Source: an uncultured Thermoplasmata archaeon (GTDB taxonomy: Archaea; Thermoplasmatota; Thermoplasmata; Lutacidiplasmatales; UBA184). From it: DNA of 64,000 nt. Shown here piece after piece: positions 62,503-64,000 of the stretch (its first letter is position 1; every line of letters begins with the position of its first letter). Made by a program: the position numbers and the translations under genes. The stretch lies in the NCBI GenBank assembly GCA_963771555.1, contig CAVYTM010000003.1:51410-115409 (forward strand), given 5' to 3'. The notes under the pieces were generated by a model that was given only the letters and a program-made list of their open reading frames with translations, did no database searches and was not told the origin of the DNA.

Positions 62503-63069
62503 ATGGCGCTCCTGCTCTCCCCCTCCCGCTCACCGCCGGCGCGCCGTCCGCCGTTCGCGCCGGCCTCCGCCTCGGGTTCTCCCTCCACCGTGGCTCGAGC
62601 GCTGGACGGACCCGCCGATTACGACGCCGTGTTCCGAGTCGTGCGGGATGCGGTCCGCCAAGTGCTCGGCATCGAGCGGCCGGGGCTCGGCCTCGGGCTC
62701 TCGAACCTTCCGCCGCAGCTGGGGGCGTACTGGCAAGTGACCGGGAACCTCATCGTGATGAACGAGGGACTCGTCAACACGATGCGCGCGAACGCCGAAA
62801 ACCCCACCGAACTCAATTCGTTCATCTACGTGATCCTGGCCCACGAGTATCTCCACGCCCTCGGCTACCTCGACGAACGGTCGGTGCGCGAGGTCACGGC
62901 CCGCGTCACCCGGACCGCCCTCGGACCGGACCACCCCGCGACTCGGATGGCGGAAGGCGACCTCTGGCGCCTTTACCCGTTCCTGGCCTACTCCCCGGGG
63001 GGCAACGGAAGTCGCCTCGAGGTCGTGACCCGGTTCGACCTCGACACGACCGACCGTTACATCCGGTAA
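62503..63069 (+). CDS. Hypothetical minimal zincin-like protein (HExxH)
   Basis: ILAHEYLHALGYLDE; start uncertain. Confidence 0.65.
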   Translation: MALLLSPSRSPPARRPPFAPASASGSPSTVARALDGPADYDAVFRVVRDAVRQVLGIERPGLGLGLSNLPPQLGAYWQVTGNLIVMNEGLVNTMRANAENPTELNSFIYVILAHEYLHALGYLDERSVREVTARVTRTALGPDHPATRMAEGDLWRLYPFLAYSPGGNGSRLEVVTRFDLDTTDRYIR

Positions 63070-63121
63070 GCTGACCCCCGTCCTTTAATCCTCTCCGGTT
63101 CATTCCCCCTCGGCGAGGAAC

Positions 63122-63592
63122 GTGAGCGCAGCGGACCCCACGATTGGCATTGCCCTCGTCATCGTCGGCATCATCCTGCTCGCCTTCGAGCTCATCCACC
63201 CGGGGGCCCTGCTACTGATCCCCGGTTCCATCCTCCTCGTCGCGGGGTTTCTCTACCTCTTCCTCCCTAACGTCCTCCTCGACAGTTACATCGGCCCGGT
63301 CGGGATCATCGTGGTCGCGATCGTCGCCGCGCTCATCGAGATTCCCTACTACCGGTGGGTCGCCCCGAACCATTCGCCGTTAAGCACGACGAGCGGCGGC
63401 CTGGTCGGTGCCGAGGCGATCGTCATCGTTCCCATCATCCCGAACACCCTCAAGGGAAAGGTTCGGGTCCGGTCCGAGGTTTGGTCAGCTCGCGCCTCCG
63501 TTCCTATCCCCGAAGGTACCAAGGTTCGTGTCGTCCACGGGGAAGGCGTCTCCGTGACGGTCGTTCCGATGGACCCCGCGAAACCGGCGTAA
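63122..63592 (+). CDS. NfeD-family protein (short form)
   Basis: N-terminal TMs, LVG.EA.V..GKVRVRSEVWSAR..IPEGTKVRVV..G OB-fold; adjacent to an SPFH gene. Confidence 0.88.
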   Translation: MSAADPTIGIALVIVGIILLAFELIHPGALLLIPGSILLVAGFLYLFLPNVLLDSYIGPVGIIVVAIVAALIEIPYYRWVAPNHSPLSTTSGGLVGAEAIVIVPIIPNTLKGKVRVRSEVWSARASVPIPEGTKVRVVHGEGVSVTVVPMDPAKPA

Positions 63593-63686
63593 CCGGCACG
63601 CGGGCGCGACGGAAAGAGTTACACCCTCTCGTGCGATTCGACCCGCCGGTCGTCGTTCTCGAACGACGCGCACCCGAGGGAATCCC

Positions 63687-64000
63687 ATGGATTACACGTT
63701 CGTCATCGTAGGTATCGTCCTCGCGTTCGTGATCATCCTCGTCCTGCTGACGCGGATGATCTACACGATCCAACCGTACCAGCAGGGTATCGTCACGCTC
63801 CTCGGCTCGTACAAGCGGATGATCAATCCAGGGTTCAACCTGGTCAGCCCGCTCGCGAGCGTCCTCAAGATCGACCTCCGTACGCAGGTGCTCGAGGTCC
63901 CGCGCCAGGAAGTCATCACGAAGGACAACTCCCCGACCAACGTCGACGCGATCATCTACATCAAGGTCGTCGACGCACCGAAGGCGATCTTCCAGGTACA
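63687..64000 (+). CDS. SPFH/band 7 (stomatin-like) protein, runs off right edge
   Basis: MDYTFVIVGIVLAFVIILVLL..PYQQGIV..LG..PG..IDLR..VPRQEVITKDN..VDAII. Confidence 0.92.
   Translation, partial: MDYTFVIVGIVLAFVIILVLLTRMIYTIQPYQQGIVTLLGSYKRMINPGFNLVSPLASVLKIDLRTQVLEVPRQEVITKDNSPTNVDAIIYIKVVDAPKAIFQV

Noticed and set aside
1-64000. Many long antisense or alternate-frame ORFs rich in Arg/Gly/Pro (e.g. 5399-7255, 12336-14432, 28951-30846, 42950-44629)
   Set aside because: They are shadows of real genes caused by high GC and stop-codon scarcity; no motifs.

Overview
GC-rich, gene-dense archaeal chromosomal segment, most consistent with a Thermoplasmata lineage (inference from aRF1, RFC, TgtA, Taw1, Trm5, Kae1, FEN1, PriS, Rio1, Sec61beta, geranylgeranyl reductase and Thermoplasmata-type zinc-ribbon membrane proteins). 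It holds about 60 mostly housekeeping genes and one tRNA-Arg(CCT). I saw no rRNA, CRISPR array, integrase or transposase. About 20 genes, including cysS and ahcY, are broken by what look like single duplicated-base insertions. These are best read as sequencing/assembly errors, so several long 'fusion' ORFs in the track are artefacts. The most interesting locus is 48.9-54.0 kb: two class III signal-peptide pilins diverge, across an AT-rich spacer with phased repeats, from a CdrS-like tandem ribbon-helix-helix gene. That gene is followed by an FtsZ homologue that keeps the GTP-binding domain but lacks the T7 catalytic loop and the whole C-terminal domain. Other candidates are a long bactofilin-like beta-helix protein, a single-pass membrane protein ending in a winged-helix-like domain, a BlaI/BlaR-type pair, and large surface proteins with cytoplasmic zinc ribbons. 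All calls come from motif recognition by eye; no database searches were run.
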